From Antechinus flavipes (Eukaryota), in assembly GCF_016432865.1 (NCBI RefSeq), contig NC_067398.1, positions 341,124,001 to 341,188,000 on the forward strand: a stretch of DNA of 64,000 nucleotides. Direction: 5' to 3'. The first letter of the stretch is position 1, and each line of letters begins with the position of its first letter. Below are positions 1-13,446 of this stretch, one piece after another. Both the position numbers and the translations under genes were made by a program. The notes beneath the pieces are model-generated. The model was not told where the DNA came from. It did no database searches and saw only the letters and a program-made list of their open reading frames with translations.

Positions 1-907
1 TCCAAGGGCAACAGGAACTATCTTTTTTTATGGGACACTTGGCCATTATGATTTGCAGTGCTCAAGATGAGCATTTGTTAAAAAAAAAATCCTATCATGA
101 AAACAATTGGACTTAATAGTCTGTTGTAAAGGATAAAAATGTAGGAAAATTCCACAAAGTAGTTAGAACCAGGAAGAACTGATTCAAGTCCTTTCTTTGA
201 CACATACTAGGTATTTTACTTTGGGCAAATTAATTTTTCTATAGTTTAGGAACAATCTAATACAGATGCAGAGAAGGTGTGGACTTAATTAGTAGAGGGA
301 ATTTCATTATTGATTAATCCCTGATAAGAATGAAATCATAGGACCAGTCTTTACCCCCTATTCCCCACTCTCTGTAAGTAAAATCAGTATACACTTTAAT
401 ACTTGGTGAATTCTGTACAAAAGTAGGGATAGGGAAGAACACTGAAAAATTTATTTTATGTATTTAGAATAAGCTCATAGATGTAGAATTGAAAGGAACA
501 TAGAAACCATCTATTCTAGTCCCTTCATTTTATAATTATAACAAGGTCTAGGAAGGTGAAGTCATATAATTAGGAGACTGAGATGGAATTTGAAACCAGA
601 TCCTTTGATGAAAGGGAAAAGACCAAAAGATAATATACTTTATGGAAGATCCATACTTATATAGATAATGAATATTATCTTCAAGATGAGAGTTGGGAGA
701 TACTGTATATAATGAGTGCTAAATAATATCAGAAAATTGGCTATATATTAACAACTGGATTTCTATATTAGAGCCATTTCCAGATCAACTGTCCAAATCA
801 AAACATCACCTTGTTAGAACAAAGATCCAAATTACAGAAAAAGTAAAAGTGAGAAGAAATATGCAGTTAAAGCAGCTTGAATATGATTTACTTAAAAGTG
901 TTCTTGA

Positions 908-1043
908 GGGACAGCTAGGTAGCACAGTGGATAAAGCACCAGCCCTGAAGTCAGGAGGACCTGAGTTCAAATCTGTCCTCAGACACTTAATACTTTCTAG
1001 CTGTGTGACACTGGGCAAGTCAACCCCAATTGCCTCAGAAAAG
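908..1043 (+). mobile_element. tRNA-derived marsupial SINE (WSINE1-like)
   Basis: Pol III A/B-box head and A-rich tail; exact 14-bp TSD AAAAGTGTTCTTGA (894-907, 1044-1057) at a TT/AAAA site. Confidence 0.9.
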
Positions 1044-3249
1044 AAAAGTGTTCTTGATACCAAAAAATGAGAAATGGACCCCCCAAAAAAAAAGACAGCA
1101 GCATAGACTAACACCCTTTTCTAAGAACATTTAACTGATATAAATCAGTTGCTACAACAAGAGACTGTAAACTACCTCACCCAGAACATATTAGCTCTCC
1201 TAATATGAGTTATTAAGAGGAGTTGTGGCAAGTTGTGGCAACCAAGAGCATTACTAGTTTAGAAAATAGAATCATTTGTAAATAATTTAGAGACAGTTGG
1301 TGGAAGATTAGAAATAATATCACCTCACAAAATAGAGGTGGTAGAGGGAAAAAACCAAATTTGTACAAAGCAGGATATGAGAGGCCCAATGAAAACAAAT
1401 TATCCTGAGTGGATTTTAAAGTGAAATTGAAAGGAGGGCAAGAAATGGAGAAGTTTGCCAAGATTTCTATATCAAATTTTTTTTCCATTGATGAGAATGG
1501 AATTTTCATATTTCAACTCTAATATCACCATCTCTAATGTTATATATGGGGAAGCATAAATGGTGCTGGAGACAACAAACATGCAAAGAGCAGTAGAACT
1601 AAATCAAGTGTAATCAGAGGACTTTCATACTGAAGGGACGTATTTGAGGGAAGATCAGTTCTACAGGAATCTGAAGAAAAGAAAATCAAATAAATTCTTG
1701 ATAAAAATCAAAGAGAGAATGATGGCTAGAAAAAAAAATGATTAAAAATATCAATAACTACTGAACCCATATGTTTACTTTCTTATCCCTAAAATATTTT
1801 TTACAAAAATCTATATTTTTGGAGAATATTATTAATAAAGGCATAAAAAGGAAGCTTCCGTAAATGGCATCCTATAAACTATATCTTTGTATTCCCATTG
1901 CTTAACACACATGTCTTCCTCTTGTATTCCTTGGTTTCCTTTAACCCTCAGCCTAAGTCCCACCATCTGCCAGAAGCCTTTTCTAGTCCTCTTTAATCTT
2001 ACTGCTTTCCCATTAGGATTACCCTTCACCCCTGTTTATATCCCATGTATATCTTGTTTCTACACAGTTTACTTGTAAGTTACTTCTCCATTAGGCTGGA
2101 AATTTGGGGGGATATTGTGGCATTCTATGATCTATAACCCCATATCATCAAACTGACTGAAAGGTACTGTGAATGCAAAATCTTTTATAATTGTTTGTCA
2201 ATGTAAAAAATAGTAATGATAATAATCCATTATAGAACAAAATATTATCTTTAAAAAGTCCTTCCATAGCAAAAAAAACAAAACAAAACAAAAAAACCTC
2301 TTCAACTTTCTAGGCTAAAAATCATGCCAGATTTCTTAGAAGCTAAAAGAGAATTCTTTTTATGACTTATTAATTTCAAGACATAAAATAAGAAGTTGTA
2401 TCCTTACCCGTTTGTCATAATCATAGTCAAACCCAGCATAGAATCCAAATAATAAAAGGAACCTCAGTAGATAGTCAGGCTCCCTAAATGTTCTTATTTG
2501 CAGCTGACTGCATTGATTGTATCACTTCTCTAGACATTGCTGAGCTGCCTGAGACATAATAATTCCTCAAAACCCTATCTTCACTAAGAGAAAAACCAAG
2601 CGAATGAAAAAGGCTTGACATTCAAGGCTCTGTTAAGCTGTTGGACAGCCCACATAGCTGGCCCTTCAATATGATATTTTAGACAGGTACTGAGGATATA
2701 CAATGAGCTGGGTCCAAATTTGAAAAGGAAGAATGTGGGTTGGGTTGCTTTAGGGGAAATGGGAAATACCCCCCCCTTTTTTTTTCTGAGTACAAACAGA
2801 ATTCTCCCAATGAAGATATGAAGTTATAGATCGTAGAATACCACAAAGTCCTAAGAATTATCCAGTTTAATGGAGAGATAACATATAAGCAATTACATAG
2901 AAACAAGATATATATGGAATATAAATTGGAGGGGAGGGGTAGTCCTAGAAGGAAAACATTAAGATTAAGGAGAACTAGAAGAGACTTCTTGCAGATGAGA
3001 TGGTAGGACATAGTCTGAAGGAACTCATGAGGCACTGTGCTAGGCACTGGAGATACAAAAAAAAAAAAAAAAACCAAAACAAAACAAACCATCTCTGATC
3101 TCAAGGAGTATAAGGTTTAATGAAGAAATTTAAATGAAGGAGCAGTGAAAAAAACATGGGAGCATAAATAGACTGTAGCTCATTAACAACAATGAATTTC
3201 ATGTCAGAAAATGACATAAGAAAAACATCTGAGACTTTGGGTCCCTTGG

Positions 3250-5420
3250 CTTTTGCTTATCCTCTTAGTTATGCTTCTGAATTTTCAGATCCAGCACCCT
3301 ATCTTAGCTACAGTCTTACCCTGGAAACTCCCTGAGCACCTAAGGTTTCCTCATCCTAAATGAAGTTTGAGAAAATCACAAAATTGCTCACTGGATCTAC
3401 TACAGATTTATATTACATAAACTCAACTGGACCCTCATTGCACCAGGTTTTAAACCTCCCTAATTGATTTACAATCTCATTCACCACAGCATCTTTTTCT
3501 AAACCTTTTAATCCTTCCTTCAACCTCTCATAGATCTTCCTACCCCCCCCCCTTTCAGCTGAGAATTATGTCTCATTTTACTGAAAAAAAATAGTGCATT
3601 CACCAAAAGCTCCCTCTTATCCCATTTTCCTCATCTCACATTATTCAGGTACTTTCTGTCATTAGATTTTCCTTCACAGCTATTTCACATAAAGACCTCT
3701 CCCTTCTTCTTATCAAAGCAAACTCCTTTACATCTACATCTATTCTTCCCATCTGCTTCAGCAGATTGTCTCTTCTATCATCCCTACCCTTTCACTAATT
3801 TCTAATTTCTCCCTGATTACTAGCTGCTTCCCAAGTGTATATCTTCTCCAACCTCAAAACAATCTTCATTTGATCTGTCCCATCTCTGCTAGCTATTGCT
3901 AGCTATTATCCCTTTTGTGCCTGAAATCTTTAGAGTCTGGCTTTTCACTTCATTCCACTAAAATTACTTTCTCCAACCTCACTAATGATCTCTTCATTGA
4001 CAGATCTAATGGCCTTTTCCCAATCCTCAGCAATTTTCCCTCTCTCTGCAGCCTTTATATTGTTACATCTTCCTTGATAACTCTCCTCTCTCATTTGTAT
4101 TTTGATGTTCTTTCTTAGAGTCCTAGACAGATAGGAGGAGAACAATGTTTCCTTTGTTGAGTCTTCCAGGTCACGTCTGCTAATAATGGACTCTGTCCTG
4201 GGTCCTCTTCTCTGTTTCCTTTATGTTATTTCACTTGGTAGTCTTATCAGTAAACAGGATATTAATTATCTCTTTGCAGATGACTCAGATCTATTTGTCC
4301 AACCCTAACTTCTTACCCCATCTTTAACTCCCTACAGCAGCTTATGGTTTCTACCTCTATAGCATTTCTTATATACATCTTCTCTCCTCCAACTACCTTG
4401 GTGCAGGCCCTCCTTACTTCACCTCTAGCCTATTGCAATGGGCTGGAGATCAGTCTCCCTACCTCAAACCTCCCCACTATAGTCTAATTTTCACTCATCT
4501 TTCAACTTGATCTTCCTAAAATACATGTCTGACTGTAAAACCTCTCCAGCTAATTCTAGTAGCTCCTTATCAACTCCAGAATTAAATATAAAATCTTTTG
4601 TTTGACTTTCACAGCCTTTCATAGCTTGGTCCCTTTCCACCCTCCTTGTAGTCTATGATGCTTTGTCTGAAGTCATATTTGAACTGAGGGCCTCCTGACT
4701 TCAGGACTGGTGTCTATCCACTGCGCCACCTAGCTGCCCCTTTTCTTTAATTTTCAATAGTTTTTTTTATTTTCCAAATAAACGGAAATAAGGAGAATTT
4801 TCAACATTCATTTTTGTAATTTTTTTTCTCCCTGCTCTCTTATCTCCCCCCTCCATAAGAAAGCAATCTGATATAAGTTAATTACATGTAATTCTTTTAG
4901 CTATTTTCATATTTGTCATTTGTGCAAGAAAAATCAGATCAAAAGGGGAAAACCACAAGAAAAAAACAAAAGAGTTGAAAATACCCTGCTTAATTCACAT
5001 TCAGTCTCCATAGTTCTTTCTCTGGGATGTAGATGGCATTTTTCCATCCTTTATTGGAATTGGCTTGACTCACCACATTGTTGAAAAGAACCAAGTCCAT
5101 CACAGTTGATCAGCACATAATCTTGTTATTGTGTACAATGTTCTATTGGTTCTGCTCTGTTCACTTAGTATCAGTTCATATACATCTTTCAGGCTTTTGT
5201 GAAACCAGCCTGCTCATTACTTCTTATAGAACAATAATATTCTGTTATATTCATATACCAAATTTATTCAGCCATTTCCCAATTATTGGGCATCACTCAG
5301 GGTCCATTTCCTTCCCAAGAATATAAGTTTTCTGAGGGCAGGTACTGTATTATTGACTGTATTAGTATCTATAATGCTTAGCACAATTTTTGGCACAAAA
5401 TAAGTATTTAGTAAATGTTT
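3250..5420 (+). mobile_element. Ancient L2 LINE, interrupted by a minus-strand SINE (about 4665-4740) and a minus-strand L1 3' end (about 4742-5295)
   Basis: Decayed pyrimidine-rich L2 ORF2 sequence; the L2 3' tail (cttagcaca...taaatgtttgttg) resumes after the inserts. Boundaries are approximate. Confidence 0.7.
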
Positions 5421-6051
5421 GTTGTCTCACCTTGCTTTGCCCTGTTTTGCCTGGATCCAGACCTGAATGTCATTTTCTTACTATATTTTGACCTTGCCTT
5501 CTTCATTCCAACTATTTTCCAACATCTCCTACTCCTGCCATCGGAGCCTAATTCTCTGATAGATGAGTTTTTGCTTTTTCTTTTCTTTCTAGTTCTCTTT
5601 CATGTGAGACGTTACCTTTCTCCTTTCTCCATTAGAATGTAGCTCCTTCAGTTCAGGGACCATCATGCTTATTTGGACTTATATCCCCAAGACTTAATAC
5701 AGTGACAGGTACACAGTAAGCTTAAGTGCTTTTTCATTCATTCATTCATCAGTCTGATATGGAGGATAACAGATGGACATTCTGTGTTCTCCACTGATGG
5801 GCCCCTGTGATGGATTTATGGGAGGATATAGACAAATGCTCAGGATGAGCAGTGTGATTGAGTTGAGATCAATTCCATTGAAAGGAGTATCAAATCCATT
5901 AAAATAGCAAAGAACAATTAAATAGATATTACCTAGAACATTGAAAAATACAGATACATAGACAGAAGTATAAAGACTGATAAGATATGGAAGTGGAGAG
6001 AAGTTGGGGAATCCATTTTCAGAATGGTTCTAGAATGGCAAGGCTCTAGAT

Positions 6052-6243
6052 CAGGGGTCCTCAAACTTTTTAAACAGGGTACCAGTTCACTGTCCCTCAG
6101 ACTGTTGGAGGGCCAGACTATAGTAAAAACAAAAACTTTGTTTCATGGTCCTTTAAATAAAGAAACTTCATAGCCCTGGGTGAGGGGGATAAACGTCCTC
6201 AGCTATTGCATCTGGCTCGCAGGCCGTAGTTTGAGGACCCCTG
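6052..6243. mobile_element. Non-autonomous hAT/Charlie MITE, OC1 (OposCharlie1)-type, 192 bp
   Basis: Perfect 16-bp TIRs CAGGGGTCCTCAAACT...AGTTTGAGGACCCCTG and an exact 8-bp TSD CTCTAGAT (6044-6051, 6244-6251). The family name is from recall. Confidence 0.9.
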
Positions 6244-8329
6244 CTCTAGATAAAGCAGAATGAGAAGGAGGGAAGTTCAGAAGAGAGGACCTTACCCTGA
6301 TTCCTGTGCAAGTTCCCAAGGAAGTTCCTGGAAGCAGACTAATCTGTGAGTATTTACTCGACTTATAAATGGTCGGTACTTAATCAATACTTTGAATTGA
6401 TTTGTCTTAGAGGTCTAATTAGCTAGCATTTATATAGGAACTAATATAAGTCGGGTACTGTGCTGAGCATTACAAATATTACAAATAAAATTACAAATAT
6501 CATATTTAATATTCACAATAACATTGAGAAGCAGGTGCTACTTTTATCCTCATTTTGCCTGAGATTACATGGTTAATAAGTGTCCAGGGAGATTTGAACT
6601 TGGTGTTCCTGAACTATAGGCTCAATTCTCCATCTATTGTACCATCCAGCCACCAGAAACTCAACTCAAATTGGCCCCACTCCCCGGGTTTGGGAAATAT
6701 GAATGTTGTTGTCATTAATTTGTTAATATTAATGGTAATATGAGTAACAAATAACAGAATGATAGTGCATCTAACTATGAAAGCAACATAGAAACATCTG
6801 TTTTTCTTGCTTCCCAATCCGCCAGTATCCAGACAAGAATTCCATATATTTTTAAATTTTAGGTTTTTTTAATGCAGTTTGTTTTGTTACAAACCAAAGA
6901 AGGCCACTTCTCTTCCCTTGGTCATATTTTTAATTTCATTTGTTCATTCATTCAACAGATATTTATTGGACAGATATTGTGTCCTACTATGCTACCTTGA
7001 TTGCAACTTGACCTGGATGAAATTCTATCCAAGAGAGTTGGTCCTTAGGACTATGGTAATTCCTCCCCTCTCTTCTATTTAGTCCTTATGGACTAGAGGG
7101 AGAAGTACAGAAAAAATTCAGAAATAAGTCAGTCTCGGCAGTTTCTAGGTCTTACTGTAGGGTCATGTGAAGACTATTCAGTATAGTTCAACAGGCATTG
7201 ATTAAACACCCACTGTATGCAGTACACTGTGCATGGTATGGGGACTTTAAAGATGACATTGTGAACAATTCTGGCCATCTCACTGAATCCAGCCACTATG
7301 CACAGGTAATCTTGCCAACTTATCCATTGCTCTCCTATCCAATTAGAGCTTGTGCTGCCAATATCCTGATCAAATAAGGTCAAATGTAGATTCAGATTTT
7401 GTCCAGAGTTTCCTCCCTTCCCCTTTCGTAGACTGAGTGGGCTAATCCCAGATTATGGCCATTCTAGCAGTGTGACCCTGGACAAGTGACTTAGGGTCCC
7501 TCAACCTCAGTGTTTTCAGCTGTAAAATGGGGGTAGGATAACATCTACCAGGAGGATTCATTCATCAAATGTGATTATATTTGTTAAATGTTTAGTATAA
7601 TGTCTGACACATAGAAGATGTTATATAAACATTTATACCCTTTTTTACTCCTCTTTCCCTTTCCAATTACTTCTTTTTCTCAGCAGTAGCCCCAGTGTTG
7701 GGAAGGAAGCAGGTCCCATTGTTTCAGACTTCACTCTGAAAGTGAAAATTCCAAGAAGATCCTTCTAATAATAAAAATAAAATGACAATCCTTAATACTT
7801 ATAAGGAAAGGCATATAATAGGCATTTCATGTTGAATTGATTTTCAGACAGTAGCACATTAATATTGGTAATGTATGTCAAGAAATGGCATAAAAGGGAT
7901 CACTAGGTTTGGAGTCAGAAAGACTAGCATTAAAATTCCACTTCAGATACTTACTAGACATGCTACCCTAGAAAAATTCTTTGTGCCTTAGTTTCTTTAT
8001 CTGCTAAATGAGTACCCTACACTCAAGGTCATCTAATTTCCCTTCCAACTCTGTCAATAAAAAGAAGGTGGGCTAAGAAGAACAGGAGACCCTGGTAACT
8101 TTGAGATGTTAAAAGGGCCTTGGAAGGATCTCAGACATGTTCTATAAGAGAGCTATAGAATGAGAAATTACATGAAAGGTAAAAGATTTTCATATGATGA
8201 AAAAGACTTAAATGAGCATGAAATGAAATGAAAAAGACTTAAATGGAATCCACGAGAATTGACCCATACAGATGAACTTCTCTGTATCTTATACAGAGAT
8301 GTATCTCTGTATTATGTATCTTATAATTT

Positions 8330-8990
8330 TTTTTACCTTATCCCGAATCCTTCTTTTCCTCCAAGATGTTCCCCAATTGTAAAGACAAAATAAAACCATT
8401 GTAACAAATATGCAGTCAATCTAAACAAATCCCAGCATTGAGCTTGTGCAAAAAATGCATGCATTGTTCTGCATAATGAATCCATCACTTTTCTGTCAAG
8501 AAGTAGGTAGCATGCTTCATTATTGTGGATTAGTTATTTTCAGTCAAATCTAATTCTACATGGCCCCATTTGGCAAAGATACTGGAGCAGCTTTCCATGT
8601 CCTTCTCAAGGTCATTTTATAAGTCAGGTTAAACAGGGTTAAGTGATTTGCCCAAGATCAGACAGCTAGTAAGTGTCTGAAGCCAAATTTGAACTCAAGA
8701 AGATGAGTCTTCCTGACTCTAGGCCTGTAACTTCAATATTCTGGAAAAGCAATTGGTCATTGTATTGATCAGAATTCTGAGTATCTCTCAACTGTTTGTC
8801 TTTACAATGTTGCTATTGAATAAATTGTTCTCTTGGTTCTGTTCCCTTTACACTGCATCAGTTCAGACAAGCCTTCTTAGGTTTCTCTGAAACCTTTCAT
8901 TATTTTTTACATCACACTAGCGTTCCATTATGTTCAGTTACTAAAATTTGTCCAGCTGTTCCCCGATGCATAGGTACTCCCTTTTCTAGT
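8330..8990 (-). mobile_element. Old L1 3' fragment interrupted by a Mar1-like SINE (about 8540-8730)
   Basis: L1 3'UTR motifs flank ggcaaagatactggag...gaactcaagaagatgagtcttcctgact. Confidence 0.65.
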
Positions 8991-10944
8991 CACCCTATAG
9001 TATCTAGAATGCTTTTCCATACGTTACCTCATTTGATTCTCACAATCACCCTGTTTGGGAAAGTTTATGCTCTCCATTTTACAGATGAGAAAGCTTTCCT
9101 CTGAGAATACCCACTAGCCTAAGGAAAGCAGCACCTGGAGGGGTTTAAGGATGGTTTGATGAGCCAGGGCTCCTCCGTGAGATGCTTTGAGAGTTCTGGG
9201 TCTCCATCAGCCCTTGGCTCAGTCCTTACAGTGCTGGTGACTCTGAAATATTTTTAGAAGGCAGAACACCAGGGAAAGACAGCCAGAATAGAAGAAATAG
9301 GCACAGAATCACGTCCAAGTCTGGAAGGATGATGCTTCTTAGCAGACCCTCTTCCATTTTGTCCTTCCACGAAGCTTTCTCCTCTCTCTCTCTGCCCATA
9401 TGTAGCCTTCTATCCCACACTCCTCCACACCTTCTACCCACTCAGAGTCCTCCTGAGAATATGGAGACTGGAAAGGAAACAAAACCAGCAGACCCCTCCA
9501 GAAGGGTCACTTTTTCCAGAAGATCCTGTTTCTCATGAGCTGCTAGTTCCAGACATAACAGAAGAAACTAGGGACAACAATAATTCGCCCCCTCGCCAAA
9601 GCAGTTTCATATCCATCATCTTGTTAGAGCTTCCCCGTAATCTTGTGTGTGGGGGTGAGGGAAGAGAGTGATGGTAAGGTTATAATCAGAATAGCTAACA
9701 TTTACTTGGATTTCAGAGGCTTAAAATGTGCTTTCCGTATGTTATTTCATTTAATCTTCACAAGTGCACACATACACATGTATGTCCTCTGACAGATGAG
9801 GAGACAAGTCTGAAGAGGTTAAGTAATTGCCATAGCTCATGGTGAGTGCCAGAACCACATTTTAAAGCCAAATGGGTCTACACCACATTGATTAGTTTTA
9901 ATTCATAAGTGATAGATTCAGTGTTTTCTTTAAGGGAAACCAGGGAAGTTTTTTGGAGTTCATCTGTATATTTCCAAATTGATATCATGGAAGATCACTA
10001 TTTCTAATGATCTCCAATATAAACTCTCCTAGTGTCTCTATCTGGTTTATAATCCTGGGATTATAGGAAGGAAGGAATAGATCATGAAACTGATCAGGAG
10101 GGTATTTATCCTTTTTAGAATAAACAATTTTGCCTCTTGGTTAAGAGGGATTGGGATCATTTCACTAATCCGTCCCCTTAAATCTTTGGTCTGAGTCCTT
10201 CTCTGTATCTCCTTTAACTAATATGTACTGTCAAAAAGCAAGAGAGGAACTCATCCCAGAAATGTTCCTCTGAAACCCTTCTTTTCAAGAAGAATCACAG
10301 AAATGGCTCTTCTGTCTTCTCAATGCTGTTTTCCATTGGTAACAATAGAATAGGAAAGCTGCAATACCTTCTGGATTGGTTCTCCGAAGCATTTTAATGT
10401 CTCTGAAGCATTTTAATAAGTGATTTCTTTCTGGGAGCTGGTATAGGAGAACAGGGTGGCAGTGTATTGGGACCCAGGATGGGGGCACTGGAGAACATGA
10501 AGCAGAAGGGACAAATTGAAAACTCCTCACATCAGGAAGGGACAGAATTAACTCTCTCTTGGTAACCACAGGCTAGCTTTCTGCCCTGGGACACGTTGCC
10601 TTTTTCTAGCAAACACCCACATCGGACATCTGTTCTCTAAGCCTCCTGGGGCTGGAAGGTGAAGGAGTCAGGATAGCAGGAGAAGCCCCACTCTGGAAGG
10701 AAGTTTCCAACAATGGGGCATGGGGAGGAGAGTTAATAGAGGGAAGTGGGGTGGTGGAGTGGGGGAAGTGGAGCAAACTTGGAGAGAGTTGATGTGGATT
10801 GTTTCCTTTGTAGTTGTGCTTATATGGGAAAATTCTGTAACTCATCTTTCCATGACTCTGTTAATAGTATAACAAATCATCCCTCACAATTTTCTCAGTC
10901 CTAGTCATTGAAGCCCAGGAAAATGGGTAGGACAGGGCCTATTC

Positions 10945-11550
10945 CCTCTCTCTCTCTCTTTCTCTCTCTCCCTCCCTCTCTCCCTCTGTCCTTGCTTCTC
11001 ATCTCTCTCTCTCTCTCTCTCTGTCTCTTTTTTCTCTGCCTCTCCCTCCCCTCTTTCTCTGTCTCTCTTTTTCTATTCCTCCTCTGTCTCCTTCCATTCT
11101 CTGTCTTTCTCTCTCTCTCTCCCTCTCCCTCCCTGCTCCCCATCTCTCTCTGTTTCTCTTTCTCTCTATCTCTGTTTCTTTCTCTCTTTTTTCTCTGTCT
11201 CTCCCTCCCTCCCCTCTTTCTCTGTCTTTCTCTGTCTCTCTTTTTCTACTCCCCTTCTCTCTGTCTCTTTCCATTCTCTGTGTCTTTCTCTCCCTCCCTT
11301 CTCTCTCCCTCTCCCTCTTCCTTTCTCTCTCTCTCTCCCTTCCTCCCTCTCCTTTCTCCCTTCCTCTCCTCATTCTCTTTCTCTGTCTCTCATTTTTTAT
11401 TTCTCTATCTCTGTCTCCTTTCATTCTCTGTGTCTCTCTCTGTCTTTGTCTGTCTCTCTCTCCCCTCTTTTCCTCTCTCCTCCCCCTCTTTCTCTCTCAT
11501 TCTCTTTCTTCTCTCAGTCTTTCACTCTCTTTCTCATATTTTCTCTCTCA
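10945..11550. repeat. (CT)n-rich low-complexity tract
   Basis: Degenerate TC microsatellite; source of the spurious ORFs at 10901-11561. Confidence 0.95.
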
Positions 11551-13432
11551 AATGTAAATAGTATTTTATTTTTTCCAATTATACATAAAGACAATTTTTA
11601 ACATTTATTTTTAATAAGATTTTGAGTTCCAAATTTTTTCTCTCCCTGCCTCCTCTGCCTCTTCCCCGAGATAGCAAACAATCTGCTGTAGGTTATACAT
11701 GTGCAATCATGTAAAACATATTTCCACGTTAGTCATGTTTTGAAAGAAGAAAGAGAACAAAAGGTAAAAAAAAAACATAAAAAACAAAGAAAGTGATCTT
11801 TGATCTATATTCAGATTCTATCAGTTCTTTCTCTTTTATGGCTGAGGAAGAAAGGTTCAGAACAGAGAAAGGACTTAGCGAAGGTTACACAGTTGAGATG
11901 AGGGTCAAGGTGTTGTCACAGAGAGCATTGTGGACTACTAGAGAAGATCCCTGGACTGAATGACTGGAAATCTACCTGTTGACAGGTACAATTTGATAGC
12001 TCAATATGGGGAGAGGAGAGAGGAGGAGGAAACAGAAGGAAAGACCATTTCTTAGAACCATTCGATCATGCATGTATTCTGGCTTTCTTAAAATAATAAT
12101 TATTGTGACTGATGTAGTAGAGATCCCAATACCTTTCAAAGAAATCTCAAACCACCTGACATTGGGAGTGATACAGTCCAGTTTTCAGACTATTCACCTT
12201 ATAAATGTAGCTATTGGGAGTGATAAGGGATGACCTTGGAGAAAGTGTGTGTGTGAAAGAAAAGAAGTTGGGCCTGATATCTTTATTCCACTAAGCTATT
12301 CTTCAAGGATGTCTGATTTGTCATCCAAAAGTCTGGATTGCTATCTTGCACCTGGACTCAAACAAAGAACGTTTTGCAGGTTCTTGAAAAAGAAGGGGGG
12401 TTGTAGCTAATCCCCATTACCAAACTTCCCACCAATCATGTTGATCCATTCCCATGATGTCATTTACCCTGCTCTATTCTTTGTTTTGGTTTCCCCAACT
12501 GCATCTCTAACAGTTTTCCCTGCAAATTTATGTGCTTGTTCCCTGCTCTTTGCTATCTTTCTCTCTTGGAATTTAGTCGGCTTTAACTAGCATTACAGTT
12601 ATAATAAAACTCTGGCTCTTGACTTGGAGATTATCTAAGCCTCCAAACTCTTTTGGGATACCCATGACACAAATCCAGAACCCCAATATATTTTGGGGAT
12701 TCTCCCCCAACAATACTAAGCAGATCTTTTTGCTTTCTAGTCCTTGTCGTCTCTTTCTGAAAAAAAATGGGAAGAATTATTTCCATCCTTTTCTTTCTGG
12801 CTATAATAGAATAGGAATAATGATAATGATAATAATGTTTATATAACACTTCAATTTTTACATATTTTTATCTCACAACAATTCTGTGAGGTAGGTGTGA
12901 TTATTGTCCCCAGCTTACACTGAGAAAGGATAAGGGATATACTCATAGTCACACATCCAGTAAGCATCTAAGGTAGCATTAGAACTCAGCTCTTCCTGAT
13001 GCAAGTCTAGCACTTCACTGAAGATTTTGAAAAGGAAAGGATTCAGAAAATGTGGGTTTGCAAGCAGGCTCTGCCACTAATTCATAGGATGCCCTTAGGT
13101 CTCAGTCTCCCCTTCTATTAAATGAGGAGATTAACATTCTGTGTTCTAGAGATGTAGAGAAAAGGGTTAAAGACAAGAATATGTGTAGATCACTTTGGTG
13201 GTTGCAGGGGGAATTGTGCAGAGGTTTTCTGTTTTCCTTCTTCCTATTTATTAGAAGAAAGCCCCTGCCCCTGCCCTTGCCTCTAGGAGGGTAGTCCCCC
13301 TCCTCTCCCACCAGTGCCCCTGCATTCCAAGCCCTGTCTGTCCTCTGGCAACTTTCCCTTTGAGGGTCACAGCTCCAGGCCCCTTGGGACATGGTCTAGC
13401 CCCCTTTCAGTCGCTTCACTGGCAGGATGTCG

Positions 13433-13446
13433 GTTGCCCTGGCAAC
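13433..13446. promoter_or_regulatory. RFX X-box
   Basis: GTTGCCCTGGCAAC is a 13/14 match to the palindromic X-box GTTGCCATGGCAAC and lies in a non-repeat, GC-richer island. Confidence 0.55.

Noticed and set aside
1200-1720. Possible decayed transposase frame
   Set aside because: Many stops and no recognisable catalytic motif; I cannot support a call.
10901-11561. ORFs of up to 217 aa rich in Leu/Ser or Glu/Arg
   Set aside because: CT/GA microsatellite artefact.
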